From: an uncultured Myxococcales bacterium
GTDB lineage: Bacteria > Myxococcota_A > Polyangia > Fen-1088
Length of the DNA: 64,000 bases
Direction of reading: 5' to 3'
NCBI GenBank assembly: GCA_964443975.1
Contig: CAYUFS010000023.1
Span: forward strand, 1,953-65,952
The position numbers and the translations under genes are program-made. Positions 9,108 to 20,441 of the stretch are shown piece by piece (position 1 is the first letter of the stretch; every line of letters begins with the position of its first letter). A model generated the notes under the pieces. That model did no database searches, was not told the origin of the DNA, and was given only the letters and a program-made list of their open reading frames with translations.

Positions 9108-10241
9108 TTGGCGCGGTCGGGCGCTGAACCCACCGAACGACCCACGCCGCGGCGGTTGCTGAAGGCGCGGCAGGGGGGACACGTGCCCATCAGCCGCGAT
9201 CTCTCCTCGGCGATTGTCTTCCTGGCGCTCGGTGGACTGCTGTGGGGTGGGGCGGCGACCGGGGTGGGCCGCCTGCTGGGCTTGTTCCGGGCGACGTTCG
9301 CCGCGCCCTTCGGGTCCTCGATGGCGACGGCGGCGCTGGCCGCGCGCGCGTTCGATGTCGCGATGGCGCTGGTGCTTCCTCCGGTCGTCGTGGCGTGCGC
9401 CGGCGCGCTGCTGGTAGGGGCGCTGCAAACGCGGGGGTTGTTTGCCTGGCGGGCCGTCGCGACCGACGTGACGCGTTTGTCGCCGGCCGTCGGAATGGCA
9501 CGCGTCTTCAGCCCGAAGACGGCCGGCGACATCGCGCAGGGCGTGGTGAAGGTCTTCGTCGTGGCGGCGGCGGCGGTCGTGGGTGTCGAAGCATTGCTGC
9601 GCGGGCTACCGGCTCTGGTCGGGGCGGCGCCCGGCGCGGTGCTGGCCGTGCTCGGTCTCGAGGCGCGGGATCTGGCGATCCGCGGGGCCATGGCGTTCCT
9701 GGCGCTGGGCATTCTCGATGGGGTGCTCGGGCACCGGCGGCACCGCCGGTCGTTGCTGATGACTCGCGAGGAGGTGAAGCGGGACTTGAAGGAGGCCGAG
9801 GGCGACCTGCGCCACAAAGCCGAGCGCCAGCGTCTGCACCGGCAGCTCGGCGAGCGACGACTGAACGAGGATGTCCGAAGCGCGACCGCTGTCGTGGTGA
9901 ACCCCGAGCACATCGCCGTGGCCATCCGCTACGACCGTGATGGGGATCAGGCGCCGGTGGTGCTGGCGAAGGGCGAGCGGCTGCTCGCCGAACGTATCAA
10001 GCAGGTCGCCCGCGAGGCAGGCGTGCCGATCTATCGCGACGTCGCGCTGGCGCGCGCGCTTCACCAGCTCGACGAGGGTGAGGAAATCCCCCAGCCCCTT
10101 TACGAGTCCGTCGCCGAGCTGCTGCGCATGCTGTGGGAGCTCGAGCGCAAGCCGGCGACTTCACCCGCCGTCGCGGTCACCGCGACGGTCACTGATCGAC
10201 CGGACGGCCCGCCCCCGGCAAGCGGCGGACGACGCGTCTGA
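9108..10241 (+). CDS. sctU: Type III secretion / flagellar export switch protein, SctU/FlhB family
   Basis: FlhB-like N-terminus (EPTERPTPRRLLKARQGGHVPISRDLSSAIVFLA) and an autocleavage site NPEHIAVAIRY (the NPTH-type motif). Probable TTG start. Confidence 0.88.
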   Translation: MARSGAEPTERPTPRRLLKARQGGHVPISRDLSSAIVFLALGGLLWGGAATGVGRLLGLFRATFAAPFGSSMATAALAARAFDVAMALVLPPVVVACAGALLVGALQTRGLFAWRAVATDVTRLSPAVGMARVFSPKTAGDIAQGVVKVFVVAAAAVVGVEALLRGLPALVGAAPGAVLAVLGLEARDLAIRGAMAFLALGILDGVLGHRRHRRSLLMTREEVKRDLKEAEGDLRHKAERQRLHRQLGERRLNEDVRSATAVVVNPEHIAVAIRYDRDGDQAPVVLAKGERLLAERIKQVAREAGVPIYRDVALARALHQLDEGEEIPQPLYESVAELLRMLWELERKPATSPAVAVTATVTDRPDGPPPASGGRRV

Positions 10242-10271
10242 GCCGACGACGACGACGAGGAGCGAAGTCAC

Positions 10272-11243
10272 GTGCGTCGACGACAAGCGAGGCTGGAAAA
10301 CCATCACGGGTTCGAGGGCCGGGTCGTCGCCTTCATCCGTCTGGGGCGTCCGCAGTTCCTGGTGGGCGGATTCCTGCTCTACGGGCTCGGCGCGGCGGTC
10401 GCTTGCGCTGCCGTGGCGGGGGTGACGCTCGACGCGCGAACGTACCTGCTCGGACAGGCGGGCATCACCGCCATCCAGCTCATGACCCACTACGCGAACG
10501 AATACTTCGATCTCGGCGCCGATCGAGCCAACCTCACGCCGACCGAATGGTCGGGTGGCAGCCGCGTCCTCGTCTCGGGGGCCCTGTCGCCTCAGGTGGC
10601 CCTGCGCGCGGCGCAGGTGCTGAGGGCTCTCGGGGTCCTGCTCGCCGCGGCCGTATTCTTCGCGGGCGGCCGCGGCGGAAGGGTGGCCGCCGGCGCGCTG
10701 GTCGGCGCGCTGATCCTTGCGTGGGCATACAGCGCGCCCCCGCTTCGGCTGCATTCGCGGGGACTCGGCGAGGTCACGACGGCGATCGTCGTGACGGGCC
10801 TGACGCCGCTCGTCGGATTCGTGCTGCAGTCGGGAGGTCTGGCCGGAGCAGGCGGTCTCGCGCGGGCGTTGCTGCCGCTCGCCGGATTGCAGCTGGCGAT
10901 GTTGCTGGCCATCGAATTTCCAGACGCCGCGGGCGATGCGGCGGCGGGCAAACGAACGCTGGTGGTGAAGCTTGGCGCACGCGTCGCCGCCGCCGTGTAC
11001 CGCGCGCTTCTGGTCGCGATCTATGGCGCGATCCCCCTGCTCCTCATTGGCGGGCTGCCGGGCGGCGCGGCGGGCGCGGCCGCGTCGCTCGCCCCTGTGG
11101 CCGCGTGGCAATTCTGGGTGCTCGGCCGCGGCGCCTGGGGTGATGCGCGGCAATGGGAAGGCATGGCGTTCCGGGCCGTGGCGATGCTGATCGGCACCAC
11201 CGCAGCCGAGCTGGCCGCGTTCCTCTGGATCATTTGGCGGTAG
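10272..11243 (+). CDS. UbiA-family aromatic prenyltransferase
   Basis: Polytopic membrane protein with an Asp-rich motif NEYFDLGADRAN (NDxxDxxxD-like) and a second Asp-rich region (FPDAAGDAAAG). The 323-aa length fits. GTG start 28 nt after sctU. Confidence 0.8.
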   Translation: MRRRQARLENHHGFEGRVVAFIRLGRPQFLVGGFLLYGLGAAVACAAVAGVTLDARTYLLGQAGITAIQLMTHYANEYFDLGADRANLTPTEWSGGSRVLVSGALSPQVALRAAQVLRALGVLLAAAVFFAGGRGGRVAAGALVGALILAWAYSAPPLRLHSRGLGEVTTAIVVTGLTPLVGFVLQSGGLAGAGGLARALLPLAGLQLAMLLAIEFPDAAGDAAAGKRTLVVKLGARVAAAVYRALLVAIYGAIPLLLIGGLPGGAAGAAASLAPVAAWQFWVLGRGAWGDARQWEGMAFRAVAMLIGTTAAELAAFLWIIWR

Positions 11244-11348
11244 GCGCCGACAGCCTCCCAGGCCGCCGGTTCGACGATGACGCGTTTCGAGGACGAAACG
11301 GGCGCCGGGTGATTGGAGCGTGACTTTCATTGAGCCTGGGTCCCCGAC

Positions 11349-12467
11349 GTGTCAGGTTGTCCCCGGGAGGACCTATTGCCTGTCATCACCAGCGTCGCCA
11401 CCGCGGTCCCGAGGTTCTCGGCGACGCAGGACGAGACCAAGGCGGCGTTCGGACCACTGTTCGGGCTCGAGGGCCGTCGATTCGAAGCGACGATGTCGCT
11501 GTTCGACAACGCGGAGGTGGGCACACGCTACAGCGTGTTGCCGCTCTCCGAGCTGGTCCTGACCCGCTCCCTCACGGAGACGATGCGCCTCTATGCGGAC
11601 CACGTGCGCCGCCTCGGCGAGAGCGTGGCCCGCGCCTGTCTCGCCCAGGTGGCGATGTCGCCGGAGGCGCTCGACCTGATCGTCTCGGTGTCTTGCACGG
11701 GCGTCATGATCCCCTCGGTCGACGCGTTCCTGATGGATGCCCTCGGGACGCGCCGGGACGTGGTGAGGCTGCCCATCACCGAGCTCGGGTGCGTGGGCGG
11801 CGCCGCCTCGGTGGCGCGGGCCAACGACTTCTTGCGGGCGCACCCCGACCGGCGCGCGCTGGTCCTGGCCATCGAGCTGCCCAGCCTCAGCCTGCAACGG
11901 CGCGACGTCTCCATGGACAACCTGGTCGCGTCCGCCTTGTTCGGCGACGGCGTCGCGGCCGTGCTGATGGTCGGTGACGCCACGCCCGAGGCGATCGCCG
12001 CGCAGGCGGGCGGGTCGGCGCGCACCGGGGCAATCCGGATCGTCGATACCCTGTGCCACACCCGGCCGAGCAGCACCGATGCCCTGGGGTTCGATCTACA
12101 CGAGGACGGCTTTCATGCGGTGCTGGCGAAGCAGGTCGCCGGCATCGTGCGCGCCGATCTGTACGCGCTCGTGCAGCGGTTGACCGAGCGGGCGAACATC
12201 GACCCTGGCAAGCTCGGCGCGTTCGTCCTGCATCCCGGTGGGAAGAAGATTCTCGGCGCGGCCGAGGAGGCGCTTGGCCTGACGCGCGAACAGACCCAAC
12301 CATCGTGGGATGTCCTGCGCGCGTATGGCAACCAGTCGAGCGCCTCGGTGCTGTTCGTGCTCGACCGCTGGATGACCGCACGTCGGCCGGCGCGCGGTAC
12401 GCAGGGCGTGATGGCGGCGTTCGGGCCGGGGCTGACCACGGAGCTTTCGCTGCTCGAATGGCTATGA
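11349..12467 (+). CDS. Type III polyketide synthase, chalcone/stilbene synthase superfamily (RppA/SrsA-like)
   Basis: Catalytic Cys context SVSCTGVMIPS, plus GCVGG, HPGGKKIL, YGNQSSASVLFVL and FGPGLT. It aligns well by eye with bacterial RppA/Srs-type enzymes. An alternative TTG start at 11376 is preceded by GGGAGG. Confidence 0.9.
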   Translation: MSGCPREDLLPVITSVATAVPRFSATQDETKAAFGPLFGLEGRRFEATMSLFDNAEVGTRYSVLPLSELVLTRSLTETMRLYADHVRRLGESVARACLAQVAMSPEALDLIVSVSCTGVMIPSVDAFLMDALGTRRDVVRLPITELGCVGGAASVARANDFLRAHPDRRALVLAIELPSLSLQRRDVSMDNLVASALFGDGVAAVLMVGDATPEAIAAQAGGSARTGAIRIVDTLCHTRPSSTDALGFDLHEDGFHAVLAKQVAGIVRADLYALVQRLTERANIDPGKLGAFVLHPGGKKILGAAEEALGLTREQTQPSWDVLRAYGNQSSASVLFVLDRWMTARRPARGTQGVMAAFGPGLTTELSLLEWL

Positions 12468-13072
12468 CACCCGAAGTGTGGTGGTTCGTGGGGTTGCTCT
12501 GCGCGGTGGGCGTGGGGCGGCTCGTCGAGATGCGTGTGTCGCGCCGACATCAGAAGCGTCTGGCAGCGGTGGGACTCAATCGCGCCCGCGAGCCGGCGTT
12601 CGGGCTGATGGTGTTGCTCCACGCGGGGGTGCTGGTGGGGGTGGCGCTAGAGGTCGTCATCGCGCGCCGCCCGTTGCTCCCGTGGCTGGCCCTGCCATCG
12701 CTGGCCGCGTTCGTGCTGGCGAATATGTTGCGGCTCTGGGTCATCCGCACCCTGGCGGAGCACTGGAACGTGAATGTCGTCAACTCCCTCGCGCTGGGGA
12801 TCGTGACCTCCGGGCCTTACCGGTGGGTGCGCCACCCCAACTACGTGGCTGTGTTCGTCGAGCTCGTGGCGCTGCCCCTCGTGCACACGGCGTACGTCAC
12901 GGCGCTCTTCGGGGCGGCTCTGCACCTCGTGGTCCTCGGTCGCCGGCTGGCGGTCGAGGACGGCATCTTGCTCGCCGATCCGGGTTACCGGGCGGCGATG
13001 GCGGGGAAGCCCCGGTTTCTGCCGCAGCTCGGGGAGCTGTTGTCGTCGTCGGCGCGGGTGCCACCCGCATGA
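12458..13072 (+). CDS. Isoprenylcysteine carboxyl methyltransferase (ICMT)-family membrane methyltransferase
   Basis: GPYRWVRHPNY motif with a C-terminal E...L in a multi-TM protein. The ATG overlaps the PKS stop by 10 nt, indicating translational coupling. The ORF-track entry 12053..13072 is an upstream extension. Confidence 0.8.
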   Translation: MAMTPEVWWFVGLLCAVGVGRLVEMRVSRRHQKRLAAVGLNRAREPAFGLMVLLHAGVLVGVALEVVIARRPLLPWLALPSLAAFVLANMLRLWVIRTLAEHWNVNVVNSLALGIVTSGPYRWVRHPNYVAVFVELVALPLVHTAYVTALFGAALHLVVLGRRLAVEDGILLADPGYRAAMAGKPRFLPQLGELLSSSARVPPA

Positions 13073-14220
13073 ACGCGGATGTGTTGATCGCGGGCGGGGG
13101 ACCGGCCGGGTCGGCGCTCGCGATCCTCGCGGGGCGGGCGGGCCACTCGGTCTCGCTGTTCGACGGCGCGCGGTTTCCGCGCGAGAAGCCTTGCGGAGAA
13201 GGCCTGATGCCCTCCGGGGTCGGCGCGCTCGAGCGCCTCGGGCTCGCGGCGGCCACCGGAGGCGTGCCAATCGGCGGCATTCGCTACCACGGATTTGGCC
13301 TCACCGCGGAGACGGCGTTTCCGGCTCCCCGCCCGGGGCGTGGCCGCGTTGGTCCAGCCGCGCACGGTCTCGGTCAGCGACGGATCGTCTTCGACGACGC
13401 GCTGTGGGCGGCGGCGCGGGCGACGCCGAATGTGCGCGTGTTCGAGGACGCCGCGGTGGAAGGGGTCGTGTGTCGGGCGGGCCGGGCCGTCGGGCTGCGG
13501 GTCGCGGGGCAGACTGTCTCGGGTGGACTGATGGTGGGCGCGGACGGCGCGCGGTCGGTGGTGCGGCGCGCGGTGGGGTTGGAAGGGCCGCGCACCGAAC
13601 GTCCCCGCTGGGGCCTGCGCATGCACTTCCGGCTGGCCGCCGATCGGCCGGCGCCCAATTTCGTCGAGGTGTTCGTCGGTGACGGCCACGAGCTCTACCT
13701 GACGCCTTTGCCCGCGGGCGAGGTGCTGGTCGCGGTGCTGAGCGCGCACGGGCACCACGAGGATCGCCCGGCGCAGACCTTGCGGGCGTTCATCGACCGG
13801 CACCCGGCGCTCGTCGAGCGCCTGCGCGGGGCCGAGGCGGTGTCGGCGCCCCGGGGCCGCTCGCCGCTCGCCTCGACGGCGCGCGCGGGCGTTGCCCCGG
13901 GGGTGGTGCTGCTCGGCGACGCGGCCGGGTTCACCGATCCGCTCACCGGCGGCGGGATGGCGCAGGCGTTGCTGTCCGCCGAGCTGCTCGCTCCCTACCT
14001 GGGGCGGGCGCTCGGGGAGCGCGACGACGAATGGTTGTGGCGCTTCGATCGGCGGCGGCGCGCGATGCTGCGCGACTATGTCTGGCTCACGCGGTTGATG
14101 GTGCGCGCGGCCGGGCGTCCGCTGCTGGCGCGCGGCACTCTGAAGGCGATGCGGGCCTCCCCGGCGCTGATGCGGCACCTGGTCGGCGTGGCGGCGGGCC
14201 TGCGCCGCATCATCTTCTAA
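13069..14220 (+). CDS. FAD-dependent oxidoreductase, a flavin monooxygenase / geranylgeranyl-reductase-like fold
   Basis: N-terminal dinucleotide fold MNADVLIAGGGPAGSALAILAGRAGHSVSLFD, plus GADGARSVVRR and GDAAGFTDPLTGGGM motifs. ATGA overlap with the methyltransferase stop. Confidence 0.8.
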   Translation: MNADVLIAGGGPAGSALAILAGRAGHSVSLFDGARFPREKPCGEGLMPSGVGALERLGLAAATGGVPIGGIRYHGFGLTAETAFPAPRPGRGRVGPAAHGLGQRRIVFDDALWAAARATPNVRVFEDAAVEGVVCRAGRAVGLRVAGQTVSGGLMVGADGARSVVRRAVGLEGPRTERPRWGLRMHFRLAADRPAPNFVEVFVGDGHELYLTPLPAGEVLVAVLSAHGHHEDRPAQTLRAFIDRHPALVERLRGAEAVSAPRGRSPLASTARAGVAPGVVLLGDAAGFTDPLTGGGMAQALLSAELLAPYLGRALGERDDEWLWRFDRRRRAMLRDYVWLTRLMVRAAGRPLLARGTLKAMRASPALMRHLVGVAAGLRRIIF

Positions 14221-14312
14221 ACTCGCCCGCGCCAACGCGACTTCTGAACCTGATCGCCAACGCGTTGGCGTGCGGCGCTGGGGGCCGTACAATCGCTCCC
14301 GTGAGGACAAAG

Positions 14313-15220
14313 ATGCGCGTGCGTAAAGCGGTGATGCCGGTGGCGGGGCTGGGAACGCGGTTTCTTCCCGCGACGAAGGCGGTGCCCAAGGAGATGCTGC
14401 CCATCGTGGACGTCCCGACGGTGCAGTTGAACGTCGAGGAGTGCGTGGCGAGCGGCATCGAAGAGATCATCTTCGTGACCGCGCGGGGCAAGGGCGCCAT
14501 CGAGGACCACTTCGATCGGGCCGCCGAGCTGGAGGCGTTGCTCGAGCGCAAGGGCCGCAAGAGCGAGCTCGAGACGATCCGGAAGCTCACGACGATGGCG
14601 AAGTTCGTTTCGGTCCGCCAGGGCGAGGCGCGCGGTCTCGGTCACGCGGTGCTGTGCGCGCGCGAGGCCATCGGCGACGAGCCGTTCGCGGTGCTGCTCG
14701 GTGATGACCTGTTCGTGGGCCAACCGCCGGGACTGGCGCAGCTCCTGGCCGTCTACGATCGCCAGGGCGTGGGCGTGGTCGGGCTGCAAGAGGTACCCGC
14801 CGGGCAAGAACACCTCTACGGTATCGTGGGCGGGGAGCGGATCGACGACGGGGCCACCGGGGACCGCAATGGGTTGAAGCCGACGCTGCGTCTCTCGAAG
14901 CTGGTCGAGAAGCCGGCGCCAGGGACAGCGCCGTCGCGACTGGCGATCATCGGTCGATACGTGCTGCCTCCCGAGATCTTTCCCATCCTCGAACGCACGC
15001 CGCCGGGCCGCGGGGACGAGATCCAGCTGACCGATGCGATGGCGACCCTCTGCGCCGAGCAGGGAATGTGTGGCGTCGAGCTCGCGGGCCGGCGCTTCGA
15101 CGCCGGGGATCGGTCGGGCTACGTGCTGGCGGTGCTGTATCACGCGCTTCGACGGGCGGACATCGGCGCCGAGGTGCAAGCGGGAGCCGAGCGCCTGCTG
15201 GCCGAGCTGCGCGCCAGCCA

Positions 15221-15224
<4 letters not shown>
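14313..15224 (+). CDS. galU: UTP--glucose-1-phosphate uridylyltransferase
   Basis: VMPVAGLGTRFLPATKAVPKEMLPIVD N-terminal signature and VEKP motif. 304 aa. Confidence 0.9.
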
Positions 15225-17782
<2,558 letters not shown>

Positions 17783-17863
17783 GCGCCGCTCGGGCCGGCC
17801 TGGCCGCGGGACAGCGGCCAGGGAGAGTGTGACCAAAACCACGATTCTTGCTAAAAATCGGCC

Positions 17864-18781
17864 ATGGCGACCTTCAAGCGATCCCTTCCCCTGGTGTGGT
17901 GCGCGGCCCTCGCCTGGCTGGCGGCGCCGTCGTGCGGCTCGAGCGGTAGCTCGAGCGGGGGCAGCGGCGGCGTCTCCGCGAGCGGCGGCCGTGTCGGCAC
18001 GGGTGGCGGCACCAGCAGCGGTGGTTCTCCTGCGGGCGTCGGTTCGGGAGGCGCGGGCGTTGGTTCGGGGGGATCGGGATCGGGCGGCCTCGCATCGACG
18101 GGCGGGGTGACGACTCCTCCTGGAAGCGGCGGGGCCTCGGCAACGGGAGGCAACGTCGCGACGGGCGGCGTCGCGCCGACGGGTGGTGTCGGAGGTGGCA
18201 GCCTGGCGGCGGGCGGAGCGGGAGGCGGCAGTGGTGGCAACGCCGCTGGTGGAGGGCCGGCTTCGGGTGGCCGCGGCAGCGGGGCTGGGGGCGGACCCAG
18301 CGCAGCGGGTGGGTCAGCCGGCTTCGCGCTCACCAGCCCCACGCTCACCGAGGGCGGCATGTTTCCCGCCGTGAACACATGCGCCGGCGCTGACACGTCT
18401 CCGGAGCTCGATTGGACGGCGGGCCCCGCGACCGCGAAGGCTTACGCGCTCGTCCTCACCGACATGGCCAACAACCTGGTTCATTGGGTTCTGTGGGACA
18501 TCCCGGTCGCCACGCAGTCTCTCCCCGCCATGCTGCCCAACACACCGATGCTCACCACTCCCGCGGGTGCACGCCAGGTCGCGGTCCAGGGCACCGGCTA
18601 CACAGGCCCTTGCCCGAGTGGAAACGTTCACACCTATCAGTTCGACCTGCACGCGGTCGACGTCGCCATGCTTCCCGGCGTCGCCGCCAACGCGACCTCA
18701 GCGCAGGTGAAGGCGCTGGTGATGATGCACTCGCTCGGGAAGGCGTCCCTCAGCGCGATGTCGAACGCCAAGCGCCCGTGA
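17864..18781 (+). CDS. Lipoprotein with a Gly/Ser-rich linker and a C-terminal PEBP (YbhB/YbcL, Raf-kinase-inhibitor-like) domain
   Basis: Signal peptide with lipobox LAAPSCG, about 130 aa of GGSGG-type linker, then the PEBP signature (ELDW...YALVLTDMANNLVHWVLWDIP...GPCPSGNVHTYQFDLHAVD). Confidence 0.75.
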   Translation: MATFKRSLPLVWCAALAWLAAPSCGSSGSSSGGSGGVSASGGRVGTGGGTSSGGSPAGVGSGGAGVGSGGSGSGGLASTGGVTTPPGSGGASATGGNVATGGVAPTGGVGGGSLAAGGAGGGSGGNAAGGGPASGGRGSGAGGGPSAAGGSAGFALTSPTLTEGGMFPAVNTCAGADTSPELDWTAGPATAKAYALVLTDMANNLVHWVLWDIPVATQSLPAMLPNTPMLTTPAGARQVAVQGTGYTGPCPSGNVHTYQFDLHAVDVAMLPGVAANATSAQVKALVMMHSLGKASLSAMSNAKRP

Positions 18782-18827
18782 GACACCGCGGCGCCGACGC
18801 TATCCCGTGTTAACTTCCCGCTCCCAA

Positions 18828-18899
18828 AGGCGGGTAGCTCAGTGGTAGAGCGGGGTCTTTACACGGCCCGGGTCGCAGGTTCAATCCCTGTCCCGCCTA
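18828..18899 (+). tRNA. tRNA-Val (anticodon TAC)
   Basis: Folded by hand: acceptor AGGCGGG/CCCGCCT, D-arm GCTC-AGTGGTA-GAGC, anticodon stem GGGTC/GGCCC with loop TTTACAC, variable loop GGGTC, T-arm GCAGG-TTCAATC-CCTGT, discriminator A. No encoded CCA. Confidence 0.85.
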
Positions 18900-19016
18900 C
18901 TGGTTAAGTGGTTGATTCCACTATGGATAGGTAACCAGAGATGCTTCCGGTTGCCACGACTTTCGCCATTTCAGTCGCTCCGCTCCGGTGAGGCAGAACG
19001 CGAGCCAGCTTGCCCC

Positions 19017-19259
19017 ATGGTACCCTTTCCCGGCATGCAGGCGCACCGGATGATGATAGAGACGGACGATCAGGGTCGGCTCAAGAATGTGCCCGCGCTG
19101 CCGCCGCACGCGAAGGTCGAAGCGATTTTTCTCGTGCTCGACGAGGCCACGGCGCCCGCTGCGGATCGTCGGCCGCCCGCCTCGCTGGCGAAGCTCGAGA
19201 TCGTCGGCGACATCGTTACTCCTGCGATTGATGAGGCCGACTGGGCAATGACTTCGTGA
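19017..19259 (+). CDS. Putative VapB-type antitoxin
   Basis: Roughly 80-aa ORF whose stop overlaps the PIN-domain gene start (ATGA). No sequence signature was recognised; the call rests on position and size. The ORF track shows a longer form from 18912. Confidence 0.45.
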   Translation: MVPFPGMQAHRMMIETDDQGRLKNVPALPPHAKVEAIFLVLDEATAPAADRRPPASLAKLEIVGDIVTPAIDEADWAMTS

Positions 19260-19645
19260 TCCTTCTTGATTCCCACGCCTGGCTCTGGTGGGTTCAGGGC
19301 TCGATATCGCTGCCGCAGAAGGCAGTTGAGCGCATTCGGACAGCAGATATCGTCGCGGTCGCGTCCGTGTCGTGCCTTGAAGTCGCGTGGCTCGCAAAGA
19401 AGGGTCGGATCGTTCTGCCGGGCACCGTCGAGGAGTTTTTCGAAGAAGCACTCGACCGCGCCGGTCTGCAGTTGCTTCCCCTCACGCCTCAAATAGCCGC
19501 GAGGTCGGCGGTGTTGCCAGACATTCACCGCGATCCGATCGACCGGGTGATCGTCGCGACGGCGATCGAGCACACCGCCAATTTGCTGTCCAGGGACGGG
19601 ATGATCGCGAAGTATCCAGGCGTCGACGTTCGCTGGGACGTGTGA
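19256..19645 (+). CDS. vapC: PIN-domain ribonuclease toxin (VapC family)
   Basis: 129 aa with ILLDSHAWLWW at the N-terminus and acidic residues in DPIDRVIVATAIEHTANLLSRD, consistent with a PIN fold. Confidence 0.8.
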   Translation: MILLDSHAWLWWVQGSISLPQKAVERIRTADIVAVASVSCLEVAWLAKKGRIVLPGTVEEFFEEALDRAGLQLLPLTPQIAARSAVLPDIHRDPIDRVIVATAIEHTANLLSRDGMIAKYPGVDVRWDV

Positions 19646-19988
19646 CCAAGGCGGCACGACGCATGATCTGAGAGTCCGAGGGGCTCCTGCGCCACCAGTG
19701 GGCTCCGAGGAAACCTGCGAGGAAAACCTCGCCAGGCTCCGAGGAAAGGGTCACGCGGTTAGGCGTCCAGGTGTGTTGCGAGGGGGTTGGCGGGGAGGCG
19801 ACCCGACGCGGTGGGGCGCCACCAATCGGATTCCTGCTACCTGGTCGCGCGGGTGGCGGGGTGACACGCGCGGGGCGTCGCCGAATGAATCGTGATCGGG
19901 CACCTGACGATGTCGTGGGGGTACGGTGCCACCGGCTGCGGCCGACCGATACTATGCTGGAGGTGATGACGACCAATAGCGGCGGACC

Positions 19989-20387
19989 GTGCAAGTAGCT
20001 AGCGCAACCGCCGCAGTTTGGCGCATAGCCGTGGCTTGCACTGTGGTCAGTGGAATCGTTGGGTGCCGGCATTCCGATCGACCGCGCATTGCGATTCAGG
20101 TTGATGACACGGGTGGCGGAACGCCAATCTTCAGTTTCCGATCTCGGTCGGGTCAAGCGCCGCTCGTCTACGTTGTAGGAATCGAAGCCTCCCAGGGTCG
20201 CCAAGTGTGCACTCTGTCTGTGCCATCGATGTCGTCCGCCAGTAGTGGACCTTCTCGGTGGCGTTACGGAACTATGATCGCAGGTTATGACTTGGATGGA
20301 TGTTCGCCACTGCCGCCCGGTGAGTATTTGGTGTACGTCGATGCCACCGGCGGTAAAGGGTTTACGAGATTTGTTATCGATGAGTGA
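19989..20387 (+). CDS. Hypothetical small secreted or lipoprotein-like protein
   Basis: 132-aa ORF with a hydrophobic N-terminus ending in a Cys (AVACTVVSGIVGC) in a local region of about 58 % GC. No homology was recognised. Confidence 0.4.
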   Translation: MQVASATAAVWRIAVACTVVSGIVGCRHSDRPRIAIQVDDTGGGTPIFSFRSRSGQAPLVYVVGIEASQGRQVCTLSVPSMSSASSGPSRWRYGTMIAGYDLDGCSPLPPGEYLVYVDATGGKGFTRFVIDE

Positions 20388-20441
20388 CAACCTCCAGCGC
20401 CGCCATTCGGCGATCAACGACGTCATCGATGCTCTCGGCGT

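Noticed and set aside
5565-10241. Calling the locus a flagellar operon (fliOPQR-flhB)
   Set aside because: No other flagellar genes are present, and the compositional and lineage signals (MYXO-CTERM) point to a non-flagellated myxobacterium. Family-neutral Sct/Fli names are used, and the FliO-like gene is flagged as the interesting anomaly.
10161-11330. 389-aa minus-strand ORF across the UbiA gene
   Set aside because: Arg-, Gly- and Asp-rich antisense artefact. The plus strand encodes a clear polytopic UbiA-family protein.
12053-12457. Upstream extension of the methyltransferase ORF (12053..13072)
   Set aside because: It overlaps the 3' end of the type III PKS in another frame with an Arg-rich translation. 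The ATG at 12458, coupled to the PKS stop, is the credible start.
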